A stretch of 64,000 bases of DNA from Antedon mediterranea (lineage: Eukaryota > Animalia > Echinodermata): the NCBI RefSeq assembly GCF_964355755.1, contig NC_092673.1:18907648-18971647 (forward strand), given 5' to 3'. The stretch's first letter is position 1. The number at the start of each line of letters is the position of its first letter. The notes beneath the pieces are model-generated. The model had not been told where the DNA came from, did not search any database, and worked only from the letters and a program-made list of their open reading frames with translations. The translations under genes were made by a program, and so were the position numbers. Shown here one piece after another: positions 51,401-63,391 of this stretch.

Positions 51401-54400
51401 TTTTCTATAGATAAAATAAAAAGTATGCTGTAAGGCATCATTTGCAATTTACTGTAATTTTTTTACAAGTTTTAATTATTTCACTTTTAATATTCTGCTT
51501 TCAATCTATTATAATTGAAGCACTATAAAAGTGAATAGCACAGCAGCAAACTAACTTGGAGTAATTTCACAGTTTAACCCTTTCACTGCGTGTATTACCG
51601 GGTATAAACATGTCTTTGAACTCCATATAAGCATCATTACCGGGTACACTATATTTTTGATAAACTTAAATATATTTGCAATGTTTTAAAACTATTTTCC
51701 TGCACTACATGCAACCTCTATATTTTTTTATATCGTCGTATCGTACCATTTTCTTACTCCAAACCGTAGACCAACCTTTTACCCACCACAAAAATATTTA
51801 CAAAATTATCTCATTTAGTATGTTTTTGCAATTTATTAAAAATCACCTGTCTCTCAATGTTATGCACAGTGAAAGGGTTAAACCACGATACTGTATTATA
51901 CCAACATATGGTTCATCTATATTCTATTCTGTATCTATTTCCGTCATCCTCACAACTGTTATAAACACAAAATATGATGCATAATTGATAGTTGGTGTTT
52001 TTTTTAGTCCGCTAAATATAGAAGATCTTTTGATAAACTTGACAAAGGCATACTGGAAGAAGACTTGTTGCGAAAATTATGGAAAGATAGTAAAGTTGAC
52101 AACGGAAAGAATTTTGAGTTCCTTGTAGCACTGATGATTCAATTAGGTTTCATTTGTGAGAGGAAGACAACCAGCAGACACGATGTGGCAAGTACATCTT
52201 GTTTCTTTAAGCTTTCATTTTATACATGTAAGATTTGGGAGAAAAAGTATTATTTTAATAGTTTGGATTTTTAATGTTCAAAGTTTAAATAAACTTTCTA
52301 ATGAAAATGTCTACATGACAGAGTATCTTTAGTTTGCTTTAAATAATTTAAATGGCATTGTTACAAATTAACAATTTCAGAAATCAGTTGGAAAACAATC
52401 CTTTTTTGTGCCACTGCGACTTGCTATCAAGACAAGACAAGTGGGACAATTACCTGATGATTCACAATCTATCAGCAGGCCTATCTATTACGACTTTGAG
52501 GGATATCTGCCAGACGTGTTGTTTCCGTATTTAATTATTGAATTCCTTAACAAATTTCAAAAGGAAGGAGTTGACCCAATACTCGCATGTAATTATGCAG
52601 AACTTTACCTCAACGAAAATCATCATGTGATTTTGTCTCTTGACAAATTTATTACTAAGAAGGATGAGCGAAAGTTCTTGTTAAAGGTAATAAATAATCT
52701 CTATAATGAATGTTCAATATATATCACTAAATTATGAAAGTTAAATATTGTTGCTTAGTCTTTCCCAGAATTTACTTTAAATGCATCTAAATTTTGATAA
52801 CAAAGCATCACATCTATTTTTACTTTCTAGATGGCTATTAAAAGAACAGATTCTTTTGACGAAACGAGTAAAGAGGAACCTTCAGCTGAAGCATGTAAAT
52901 TGGTATGTTATGTTACCAGTTATATTATATATCTGTTTGGACGTACTTTATCAAAATACACATAGAACAATTGAGGAGAAATTTACACATGTTTCTTTAA
53001 ACTATGCTTTTAGATCAGTAAATATGTTAAAAATCTGTTGCAAATTCTCTAACTGTGTCTCTCCAGATAGGTATAGGTAGGTTTCCTTAAAAGCTTCACA
53101 ATGTATAGTGATTGGTACCAAGGATATCAAATTCTACTAGGAAAAATGTAAAATCATTTGAATTTCATTCACTGGATATAACTTATAATTTATCAAAAGT
53201 TACATCTATGTTTTCTTTTCTTTTTTTAATTGAATTGAAAAAAATATAATCCCAATAAAGTTTTCAGATTTACACCATAAATCTGAAAACATTGCCTAAC
53301 TTTGTGAGCTACTGCATCATTGATGCTTTCATATTTGCTGGTGTGTGTCTTAAATTGTTATCAATCAACATTAAATTTATATCTTTAGGTTTTGTCAACA
53401 GTTGAGAAGTCATTCGAGCATTCTAAAGATGGTGGTAGAAGGGGGATTCCATTCAAGAGATGCATTCCTTGTCAGTGTAGTGATCAATTAGACAAGAAGC
53501 ATTTTCAAATTCTTGAAGATTTCACATGTGGAAAGTTGATGTGCACCGAAACTGGCAAGTCTGTTACGATGGATGTCACATGTTACAAGCGGCTGTTTGG
53601 ATGTAAGAGTCATTAAATTTATTTATTTTTATTAAGTACATTTTCATTAATACGCTACTTCTTCATGAAGGACTCTCACTCATCCCTACAGTACAGGAAA
53701 CTGAAAAAAGGGCTATTTCTGTTCTATAAACAACTTGTGATCTATTTGTGCAAAAAGTGACATGTTTAAATAATTATAGAATAGAAAAAGAGGATACTGT
53801 ACCTTATTTGAAAATAGACATATTTGATAATACTCTTCCAGTAGTAGTACAACATAATCATTATTGATAATCTATACATTGTTACAACATGCTGCTATTA
53901 GCTGTGATATCTTCATCCCTCTTACCAGTAGTAGTACTATCAGAATCATTATTGATAATCTATACATTGTTACAACATGCTCCTATTAGCTGTGATATCT
54001 TCATTCCTCTTACCAGTAGTAGTACTATCAGAATCATTATTGATAATCTATACATTGTTACAACATGCTGCTATTAGCTGTGATATCTTCATTCCTCTTA
54101 CCAGTAATAGTACTATCAGAATCATTATTGATAATCTATACATTGTTACAACATGCTGCTATTAGCTGTGATATCTTTATTCCTCTTAGTAGTAGTAGTA
54201 CTATCAGAATCATTATGGATAATCTATACATTGTTACAACATGCTGCTATTAGCTGTGATATCTTCATTCCTCTTACCAGTAGTAGTACTATCAGAATCA
54301 TTATTGATAATCTATACATTGTTACAACATGCTGCTATTAGCTGTGATATCTTCATTCCTCTTACCAGTAATAGTACTATCAGAATCATTATTGATAATC

Positions 54401-57400
54401 TGTACATTGTTACAACATGCTGCTATTAGCTGTGATATCTTCATTCCTCTTACCAGTAGTAGTACTATCAGAATGATTATTGATAATCTATACATTGTTA
54501 TAACATGCTGCTATTAGCTGTGATATCTTCATTCCTCTTACCAGTAGTACTGTAGTAGTATCAGAATCATTCTTGATAATCTATACATTGTTACAACATG
54601 CTGCTATTAGCTGTGATATCTTCATTCCTCTTACCAGTAGTAGTACTATCAGAATCATTATTGATAATCTATACATTGTTACAACATGCTGCTATTAGCT
54701 GTGATATCTTCATTCCTCTTACCAGTAGTACTGTAGTAGTATCAGAATCATTATTGATAATCTATACATTGTTACAACATGCTGCTATTAGCTGTGATAT
54801 CTTCATTCCTCTTACCAGTAGTAGTACTATCAGAATCATTATTGATAATCTATACATTGTTACAACATGCTGTTATTAGCTGTGATATCTTCATTCCTCT
54901 TACCAGTAGTAGTACTATCAGAATCATTATTGATAATCTATACATTGTTACAACATGCTGCTATTAGCTGTGATATCTTCATTCCTCTTACCAGTAGTAG
55001 TAGTACTATCAGAATCATTATTGATAATCTATACATTGTTACAACATGCTGCTATTAGCTGTGATACCTTCATTCCTCTTACCAGTAGTAGTACTATCAG
55101 AATCATTATTGATAATCTATACATTGTTACAACATGCTGCTATTAGCTGTGATATCTTCATTCCTCTTACCAGTAGTAGTACTATCATAATCATTATTGA
55201 TAATCTATACATTGTTACAACATGCTGCTATTAGCTGTGATACCTTCATTCCTCTTACCAGTAGTAGTACTATCAGAATCATTATTGATAATCTATACAT
55301 TGTTACAACATGCTGCTATTAGCTGTGATATCTTCATTCCTCTTACCAGTAGTAGTACTATCAGAATCATTATTGATAATCTATACATTGTTACAACATG
55401 CTGCTATTAGCTGTGATATCTTCATTCCTCTTACCAGTAGTAGTAGGCTACTATCAGAATCATTATTGATAATCTATACATTGTTACAACATGCTGCTAT
55501 TAGCTGTGATATCTTCATTCCTCTTACCAGTAGTAGTACTATCAGAATCATTATTGATAATCTATACATTGTTACAACATGTTGCTATTAGCTGTGATAT
55601 CTTCATTCCTCTTACCAGTAGTAGTACTATCAGAATCATTATTGATAATCTATACATTGTTACAACATGCTGCTATTGGCTGTGATATCTTCATTCCTCA
55701 TACCAGTAGTAGTACTATCAGAATCATTATTGATAATCTATACATTGTTACAACATGTTGCTATTAGCTGTGATATCTTCATTCCTCTTACCAGTAGTAG
55801 TACTATCAGAATCATTATTGATAATCTATACATTGTTACAACATGCTGCTATTAGCTGTGATATCTTCATTCCTCTTACCAGTAGTAGTACTATCAGAAT
55901 CATTATTGATAATCTATACATTGTTACAACATGCTGTTATTAGCTGTGATATCTTCATTCCTCTTACCAGTAGTAGTACTATCAGAATCATTATTGATAA
56001 TCTATACATTGTTACAACATGCTGCTATTAGCTGTGATATCTTCATTCCTCTTACCAGTAGTAGTACTATCATAATCATTATTGATAATCTATACATTGT
56101 TACAACATGCTGCTATTAGCTGTGATACCTTCATTCCTCTTACCAGTAGTAGTACTATCAGAATCATTATTGATAATCTATACATTGTTACAACATGCTG
56201 CTATTAGCTGTGATATCTTCATTCCTCTTACCAGTAGTAGTACTATCAGAATCATTATTGATAATCTATACATTGTTACAACATGCTGCTATTAGCTGTG
56301 ATATCTTCATTCCTCTTACCAGTAGTAGTAGGCTACTATCAGAATCATTATTGATAATCTATACATTGTTACAACATGCTGCTATTAGCTGTGATATCTT
56401 CATTCCTCTTACCAGTAGTAGTACTATCAGAATCATTATTGATAATCTATACATTGTTACAACATGTTGCTATTAGCTGTGATATCTTCATTCCTCTTAC
56501 CAGTAGTAGTACTATCAGAATCATTATTGATAATCTATACATTGTTACAACATGCTGCTATTGGCTGTGATATCTTCATTCCTCATACCAGTAGTAGTAC
56601 TATCAGAATCATTATTGATAATCTATACATTGTTACAACATGTTGCTATTAGCTGTGATATCTTCATTCCTCTTACCAGTAGTAGTACTATCAGAATCAT
56701 TATTGATAATCTATACATTGTTACAACATGCTGCTATTAGCTGTGATATCTTCATTCCTCTTACCAGTAGTAGTACTATCAGAATCATTATTGATAATCT
56801 ATACATTGTTACAAAATGCTGTTATTAGCTGTGATATCTTCATTCCTCTTACCAGTAGTAGTACTATCAGAATCATTATTGATAATCTATACATTGTTAC
56901 AACATGCTGCTATTAGCTGTGATATCTTCATTCCTCTTACCAGTAGTAGTTCTATCAGAATCATTATTGATAATCTATACATTGTTACAACATGCTGCTA
57001 TTAGCTGTGATATCTTCATTCCTCTTACCAGTAGTAGTACTATCAGAATCATTATTGATAATCTATACATTGTTACAACATGCTGTTATTAGCTGTGATA
57101 TCTTCATTCCTCTTACCAGTAGTAGTACTATCAGAATCATTATTGATAATCTATACATTGTTACAACATGCTGCTATTAGCTGTGATATCTTCATTCCTC
57201 TTACCAGTAGTAGTTCTATCAGAATCATTATTGATAATCTATACATTGTTACAACATGCTGCTATTAGCTGTGATATCTTCATTCCTCTTACCAGTAGTA
57301 GTACTATCAGAATCATTATTGATAATCTATACATTGTTACAACATGCTGCTATTAGCTGTGATATCTTCATTCCTCTTACCAGTAGTACTGTAGTAGTAT

Positions 57401-60400
57401 CAGAATCATTATTGATAATCTATACATTGTTTACAACATGCTGCTATTAGCTGTGTTATCTTCATTCCTCTTGTAGTACTATCAGAATCATTATTGATAA
57501 TCTATACATTGTTACAACATGTTGCTATTAGCTGTGATATCTTTATTCCTCTTACCAGTAGTAATACTATCATAATCATAATAATCTATACATTGTTTAC
57601 AACATGCTGCTATTAGCTGTGATATCTTCATTCTTCTTACCAGTAGTAGTACTATCAGAATCATTATTGATAATCTATACATTGTTACAACATGCTGCTA
57701 TTAGCTGTGATATCTTCATTCCTCTTACCAGTAGTAGTACTATTAGAATCATTATTGATAATCTATACATTGTTACAACATGCTGCTATTAGCTGTGATA
57801 TCTTCATTCCTCTTACCAGTAGTAGTACTATCAGAATCATTATTGATAATCTATACATTGTTACAACATGCTGCTATTAGCTGTGATATATTCATTCCTC
57901 TTAATACCAGTAGTAGTACTATCAGAATCATTATTGATACTCTATACATTGTTACAACATGCTGCTATTAGCTGTGATATCTTCATTCCTCTTACCAGTA
58001 GTAGTACAACATAATCATTATTGATAATCTATACATTGTTACAACATGCTGCTATTAGCTGTGATATCTTCATTCCTCTTACCAGTAGTAGTACTATCAG
58101 AATCATTATTGATAATCTATACATTGTTACAACATGCTGCTATTAGCTGTGATATCTTCATTCTTCTTACCAGTAGTAGTACTATCAGAATCATTATTGA
58201 TAATCTATACATTGTTACAACATGCTGCTATTAGCTGTGTTATCTTCATTCCTCTTACTAGTAGTAGTACTATCAGAATCATTATTGATAATCTATACAT
58301 TGTTACAACATGTTGCTATTAGCTGTGATATCTTCATTCCTCTTACCAGTAGTAGTACTATCAGAATCATTCTTGATAATCTATACATTGTTACAACATG
58401 CTGCTATTAGCTGTGATATCTTCATTCCTCTTACCAGTAGTAGTACTATTAGAATCATTATTGATAATCTATACATTGTTACAACATGCTGCTATTAGCT
58501 GTGATATCTTCATTCCTTTTACCAGTAGTAGTACTATCAGAATCATTATTGATAATCTATACATTGTTACAACATGCTGCTATTAGCTGTGATATCTTCA
58601 TTCCTCTTACCAGTAGTAGTACTATCAGAATCATTATTGATAATCTATACATTGTTACAACATGCTGCTATTAGCTGTGATATCTTCATTCCTCTTACCA
58701 GTAGTAGTACTATCAGAATCATTATTGATAATCTATACATTGTTACAACATGCTGCTATTAGCTGTGATATCTTCATTCCTCTTACCAGTAGTAGTACTA
58801 TCAGAATCATTATTGATAATCTATACATTGTTACAACATGCTGCTATTAGCTGTGATATCTTCATTCCTCTTACCAGTAGTAGTACTATCAGAATCATTA
58901 TTGATAATCTATACATTGTTACAACATGCTGCTATTAGCTGTGATATCTTCATTCCTCTTACCAGTTATAGTAGTAGTATCAGAATCATAATAATCTATA
59001 CATTGTTCACAACATGCTGCTATTAGCTGTGATATCTTCATTCCTCTTACCAGTAGTAGTACTATCAGAATCATTATTGATAATCTATACATTGTTACAA
59101 CATGCTGCTATTAGCTGTGATATCTTCATTCCTCTTACCAGTAGTAGTACTATCAGAATCATTATTGATAATCTATACATTGTTACAACATGCTGCTATT
59201 AGCTGTGATATCTTCATTCTTCTTACCAGTAGTAGTACTATCAGAATCATTATTGATAATCTATACATTGTTACAACATGCTGCTATTAGCTGTGTTATC
59301 TTCATTCCTCTTACCAGTAGTAGTACTATTAGAATCATTATTGATAATCTATACATTGTTACAACATGCTGCTATTAGCTGTGATATCTTCATTCCTCTT
59401 ACCAGTAGTAGTACTATCAGAATCATTATTGATAATCTATACATTGTTACAACATGCTGCTATTAGCTGTGATATCTTCATTCCTCTTACCAGTAGTAGT
59501 ACTATCAGAATCATTATTGATAATCTATACATTGTTACAACATGCTGCTATTAGCTGTGATATCTTCATTCCTCTTACCAGTTATAGTAGTAGTATCAGA
59601 ATCATAATAATCTATACATTGTTACAACATGCTGCTATTAGCTGTGATATCTTCATTCCTCTTACCAGTAGTAGTACTATCAGAATCATTATTGATAATC
59701 TATACATTGTTACAACATGCTGCTATTAGCTGTGATATCTTCATTCTTCTTACCAGTAGTAGTACTATCAGAATCATTATTGATAATCTATACATTGTTA
59801 CAACATGCTGCTATTAGCTGTGTTATCTTCATTCCTCTTACTAGTAGTAGTACTATCAGAATCATTATTGATAATCTATACATTGTTACAACATGTTGCT
59901 ATTAGGTGTGATATCTTCATTCCTCTTACCAGTAGTAGTACTATCAGAATAATTCTTGATAATCTATACATTGTTACAACATGCTGCTATTAGCTGTGAT
60001 ATCTTCATTCCTCTTACCAGTAGTAGTACTATCAGAATCATTATTGATAATCTATACATTGTTACAACATGCTGCTATTAGCTGTGATATCTTCATTCTT
60101 CTTACCAGTAGTAGTACTATCAGAATCATTATTGATAATCTATACATTGTTACAACATGCTGCTATTAGCTGTGATATCTTCATTCCTCTTACCAGTAGT
60201 AGTACTATCAGAATGATTATTGATAATCTATACATTGTTACAACATGCTGCTATTAGCTGTGATATCTTCATTCCTCTTACCAGTAGTAGTACTATCAAA
60301 ATCATTATTGATAATCTATACATTGTTACAACATGTTGCTATTAGGTGTGATATCTTCATTCCTCTTACCAGTAGTAGTACTATCAGAATCATTCTTGAT

Positions 60401-63103
60401 AATCTATACATTGTTACAACATGCTGCTATTAGCTGTGATATCTTCATTCCTCTTACCAGTAGTAGTACTATCAGAATCATTATTGATAATCTATACATT
60501 GTTACAACATGCTGCTATTAGCTGTGATATCTTCATTCTTCTTACCAGTAGTAGTACTATCAGAATCATTATTGATAATCTATACATTGTTACAACATGC
60601 TGCTATTAGCTGTGATATCTTCATTCCTCTTACCAGTAGTAGTACTATCAGAATGATTATTGATAATCTATACATTGTTACAACATGCTGCTATTAGCTG
60701 TGATATCTTCATTCCTCTTACCAGTAGTAGTACTATCAGAATCATTATTGATAATCTATACATTGTTACAACATGCTGCTATTAGCTGTGATATCTTCAT
60801 TCCTCTTACCAGTAGTAGTACTATCATAATCATTATTGATAATCTATACATTGTTACAACATGCTGTTATTAGCTGTGATATCTTCATTCCTCTTACCAG
60901 TAGTAGTACTATCAGAATCATTATTGATAATCTATACATTGTTACAACATGCTGCTATTAGCTGTGATATCTTTATTCCTCTTACCAGTAGTAGTACTAT
61001 CAGAATCATTATTGATAATCTATACATTGTTACAACATGCTGCTATTAGCTGTGATATCTTCATTCCTCTTACCAGTAGTAGTACTATCGGAATCATTAT
61101 TGATAATCTATACATTGTTATAACATGCTGCTATTAGCTGTGATATCTTCATTCCTCTTACCAGTAGTAGTACTATCAGAATCATTATTGATAATCTATA
61201 CATTGTTACAACATGCTGCTATTAGCTGTGATATCTTCATTCCTCTTACCAGTAGTAGTACTATCAATCATTATTGATAATCTATACATTGTTACAACAT
61301 GCTGCTATTAGCTGTGATATCTTCATTCCTCTTACCAGTAGTAGTACTATCAGAATCATTATTGATAATATATATATTGTTATAACATGTTGCTATTAGC
61401 TGTGATATCTTCATTCCTCCTACCAATTTATAATTTATTTAATAATGTCAAGATAGTTAAAATTCAAACAAATGTTAATGTTGGAGGTTCAATGTTTAAA
61501 TAGGCCATATATTTATAAAAACATATTCTTATATTTTAATAGGTAATATATAATTTTATCTTTCAAAAACTTGTTTGTGTATTAATAGTTTTAAGTATTA
61601 AAATATTTTTTTTAATGAAAATACTTACGTGGATAAGGTTTGGATTATCACTACAATGCAAGAACGTAGACACAACATAAGTAATTTGACCAATGACAAG
61701 TGAAGGATTGAATAGGTCTCATATTAGCTGTGTATTGCAACCTATATCCTTGTATTGCATCCATGTGAGATGCTCAAGTGATTATAGTTAAACAATGTAT
61801 GCAGTGGAACTGTCAATATTCCATGTGAGACTATAGTTAAACAATGTATGCAGTGGAACTGTCAATATTCCATGTGAGACTATAGTTAAACAATGTATGC
61901 AGTGGAACTGTCAATATTCCACCACAGACTGTACAACGGCATTGCATTATGTACTATAAACATTTTCCAATAGTAAATGTACATCTTATTTTGATCATTT
62001 TTAGGCAGTAGTGATGAGGACCAAAATGAAGGCACATCATCCAGTCACCAATCTCAGCCAAGAGAAGGTAAGTTACTAGTAGATAAAGATTATGATATGA
62101 AAAAGTCTCTCAACCTATGAAAACACATGGTGTATTGCTAACTTGACGGCCTAACAAGGGTGTCCACTTACAGGATGTTCAACGGTACAATTAATATTTT
62201 TTTTTTATTTGCAGATGAATTTGGCCCATCGGAAAGAAAAAAAAGAAAAAAAGATCAAGGTAATTGATTGAAATATATATCGAATAATAAGTAGAGTGAA
62301 TATAGAAAATAAAAACAATTTAAATATTTCAAACTAGTTTTGATCAAAATTGGGGGAAAGAATAATGATCATCGTCAAACTAATTTTCTGTCATTTTATT
62401 TGCAGGAAACACAATGGCAGATTCTGAATCTTTGAACAGATTTCGAGACCTTAAATCTGATCTTAATAGATCCTTTGATGATGAAAGATACTATATGATA
62501 AGATTCCTCTTATTTGATGACTTAAGGTTATGTTATGTTACAAATCCAGATTTTATTGGACATGACTTACTCAATGCACTTGACGACAAAGGTGTAATCT
62601 CACCAACTAATGTTAGCATTCTTTTGGAGATTACAAAGCTATCGGAAATCAAGAAAGCTGAAGATATTGTAATACAATATATGAAAGACAACAAAGTTCA
62701 GGACAGGTCTGATACAAAATTGTCATCTTACAGAAAGCGACTGTTTACAGCTATGTTAGATATTCACTCAGATGCATTCAAAAGAATTATTTCAAACTAT
62801 GGATTGAGAAAACATAACTTCTCCAATGTTTGGGATGCAGTTCTCCATCTGGAGATTGAGGCAGAATTAGCAGATGATCCAGACAAAATAAAAAGTTTTG
62901 CTCGTCATCTAGGCCAAAAAGCAAGAGACATACTACTTGGTAATGATATGTTAATAACTTCTTATTTAAGAGTTTATTGACTCGTTCATTCTTTAACCTG
63001 TTTACATTATAATTTAACCAAAATTAAATTTGGTTTAATTTTAATCATTAAAATTAGTAATGTCATTAACTGGTTATTTATAGGCAATAGTGAGAAGAAA
63101 TAA
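41541..63103 (+). CDS. Multi-exon ROCO-family gene: TKL kinase - Roc GTPase - COR - linker - tandem DED-like, about 1,200 aa. Exons: 41541-42428, 43559-43731, 44853-44938, 47397-47461, 47739-47832, 48702-48859, 49816-49905, 50111-50290, 50449-50706, 51078-51269, 52008-52187, 52381-52686, 52831-52902, 53389-53602, 62005-62067, 62215-62259, 62406-62939, 63084-63103
   Basis: Exons joined by hand at AG/GT sites (one possibly GC) with matching phases give a continuous frame with kinase, Roc G1-G5, COR and DED-like motifs in order; the last exon is uncertain. Confidence 0.8.
43559..50706 (+). CDS. Roc GTPase domain exons and start of COR
   Basis: AYNEALTEG..KVIGQEGVGKT (G1), TDGIE (G2), IWDHGGQLIYHGIHRIFMT (G3), LYIVVFDLS, ILIVGTHKG (G4), FAIENS (G5), then PLKWMRF. 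Confidence 0.88.
45167..45860 (-). mobile_element. 3' fragment of a non-LTR retrotransposon (intronic)
   Basis: Minus strand LKFKARSNSLPL...CLLCNCGEKETIYHFVFNC (CCHC finger typical of LINE C-termini), then AATAAA and a (TTA)n tail. Confidence 0.7.
45975..46945 (+). mobile_element. Degenerate LINE RT fragment (intronic)
   Basis: SPRCVLSPVLFSIYTN, IKYADD, LTLNTDKTKEIIF, FKYLGV; AATAAA and a (TATCG)n tail near 46926-46950. Confidence 0.75.
49150..49225 (+). mobile_element. tRNA-like SINE head (intronic)
   Basis: TGTGTCTAGAGG (A-box-like) and GATTCGAGTCCC (B-box-like); no complete cloverleaf. Confidence 0.4.
51078..53602 (+). CDS. COR domain exons
   Basis: LLNLYDLGEIVYMP...LRDKVMLDPLRLVE, KGILEEDLLRKLW, LMIQLGFI, FFVPLRL, LPDVLFPYLI, C-terminal CIPCQC...H...C. 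Confidence 0.8.
51578..51877. mobile_element. piggyBac-like MITE (intronic)
   Basis: TTAA|CCCTTTCACTG ... CAGTGAAAGGG|TTAA. Confidence 0.85.
53830..61425. repeat. 88-bp tandem satellite array, about 86 copies, inside the intron between the last COR exon and the linker/DED exons
   Basis: Same monomer and orientation as 1-8881; lies between the donor after 53602 and the acceptor before 62005. Confidence 0.99.
61782..61921. repeat. 49-bp tandem repeat, about 3 copies
   Basis: TATAGTTAAACAATGTATGCAGTGGAACTGTCAATATTCCATGTGAGAC repeated. Confidence 0.9.
62406..62939 (+). CDS. Exon encoding a tandem death-effector-domain-like pair
   Basis: FRDLKSDL...MIRFLL...DLLNALDDKGVISPTNVSILLEI...IVIQY fits DED1; LSSYRKRLF...WDAVLHLE resembles the caspase-8/cFLIP DED2 start (ISxYRxxL); phase 1-1 exon. 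Confidence 0.72.
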
Positions 63104-63312
63104 GACAGCATCATCAAGTCACCAATGTGAACCAAGTGAAGGTAAATTATTCATAAATATTATGCAAGATTGGGAGATAAACATAAAAATTACATGATTT
63201 TAGTATGATTATTGACAAGATGATAATGACCAAGTAGTAATGAGGATTACTATGAAATTTATGATTTAAAACACAATGAATATATTATGTTGATTATTAG
63301 TATAGGAAGAAC

Positions 63313-63330
63313 ATAATAATAATAATAATA

Positions 63331-63362
<32 letters not shown>

Positions 63363-63391
63363 TAATAATAATAATAATAATAATATAATAA
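63313..63391. repeat. (AAT)n microsatellite
   Basis: About 25 slightly interrupted AAT units. Confidence 0.95.

Noticed and set aside
41541-63103. Assigning the symbol LRRK2, DAPK1 or RIPK1
   Set aside because: Domain order and content match none of them (no LRR, ankyrin or WD40; kinase is TKL-type and N-terminal to Roc; C-terminus is DED-like)
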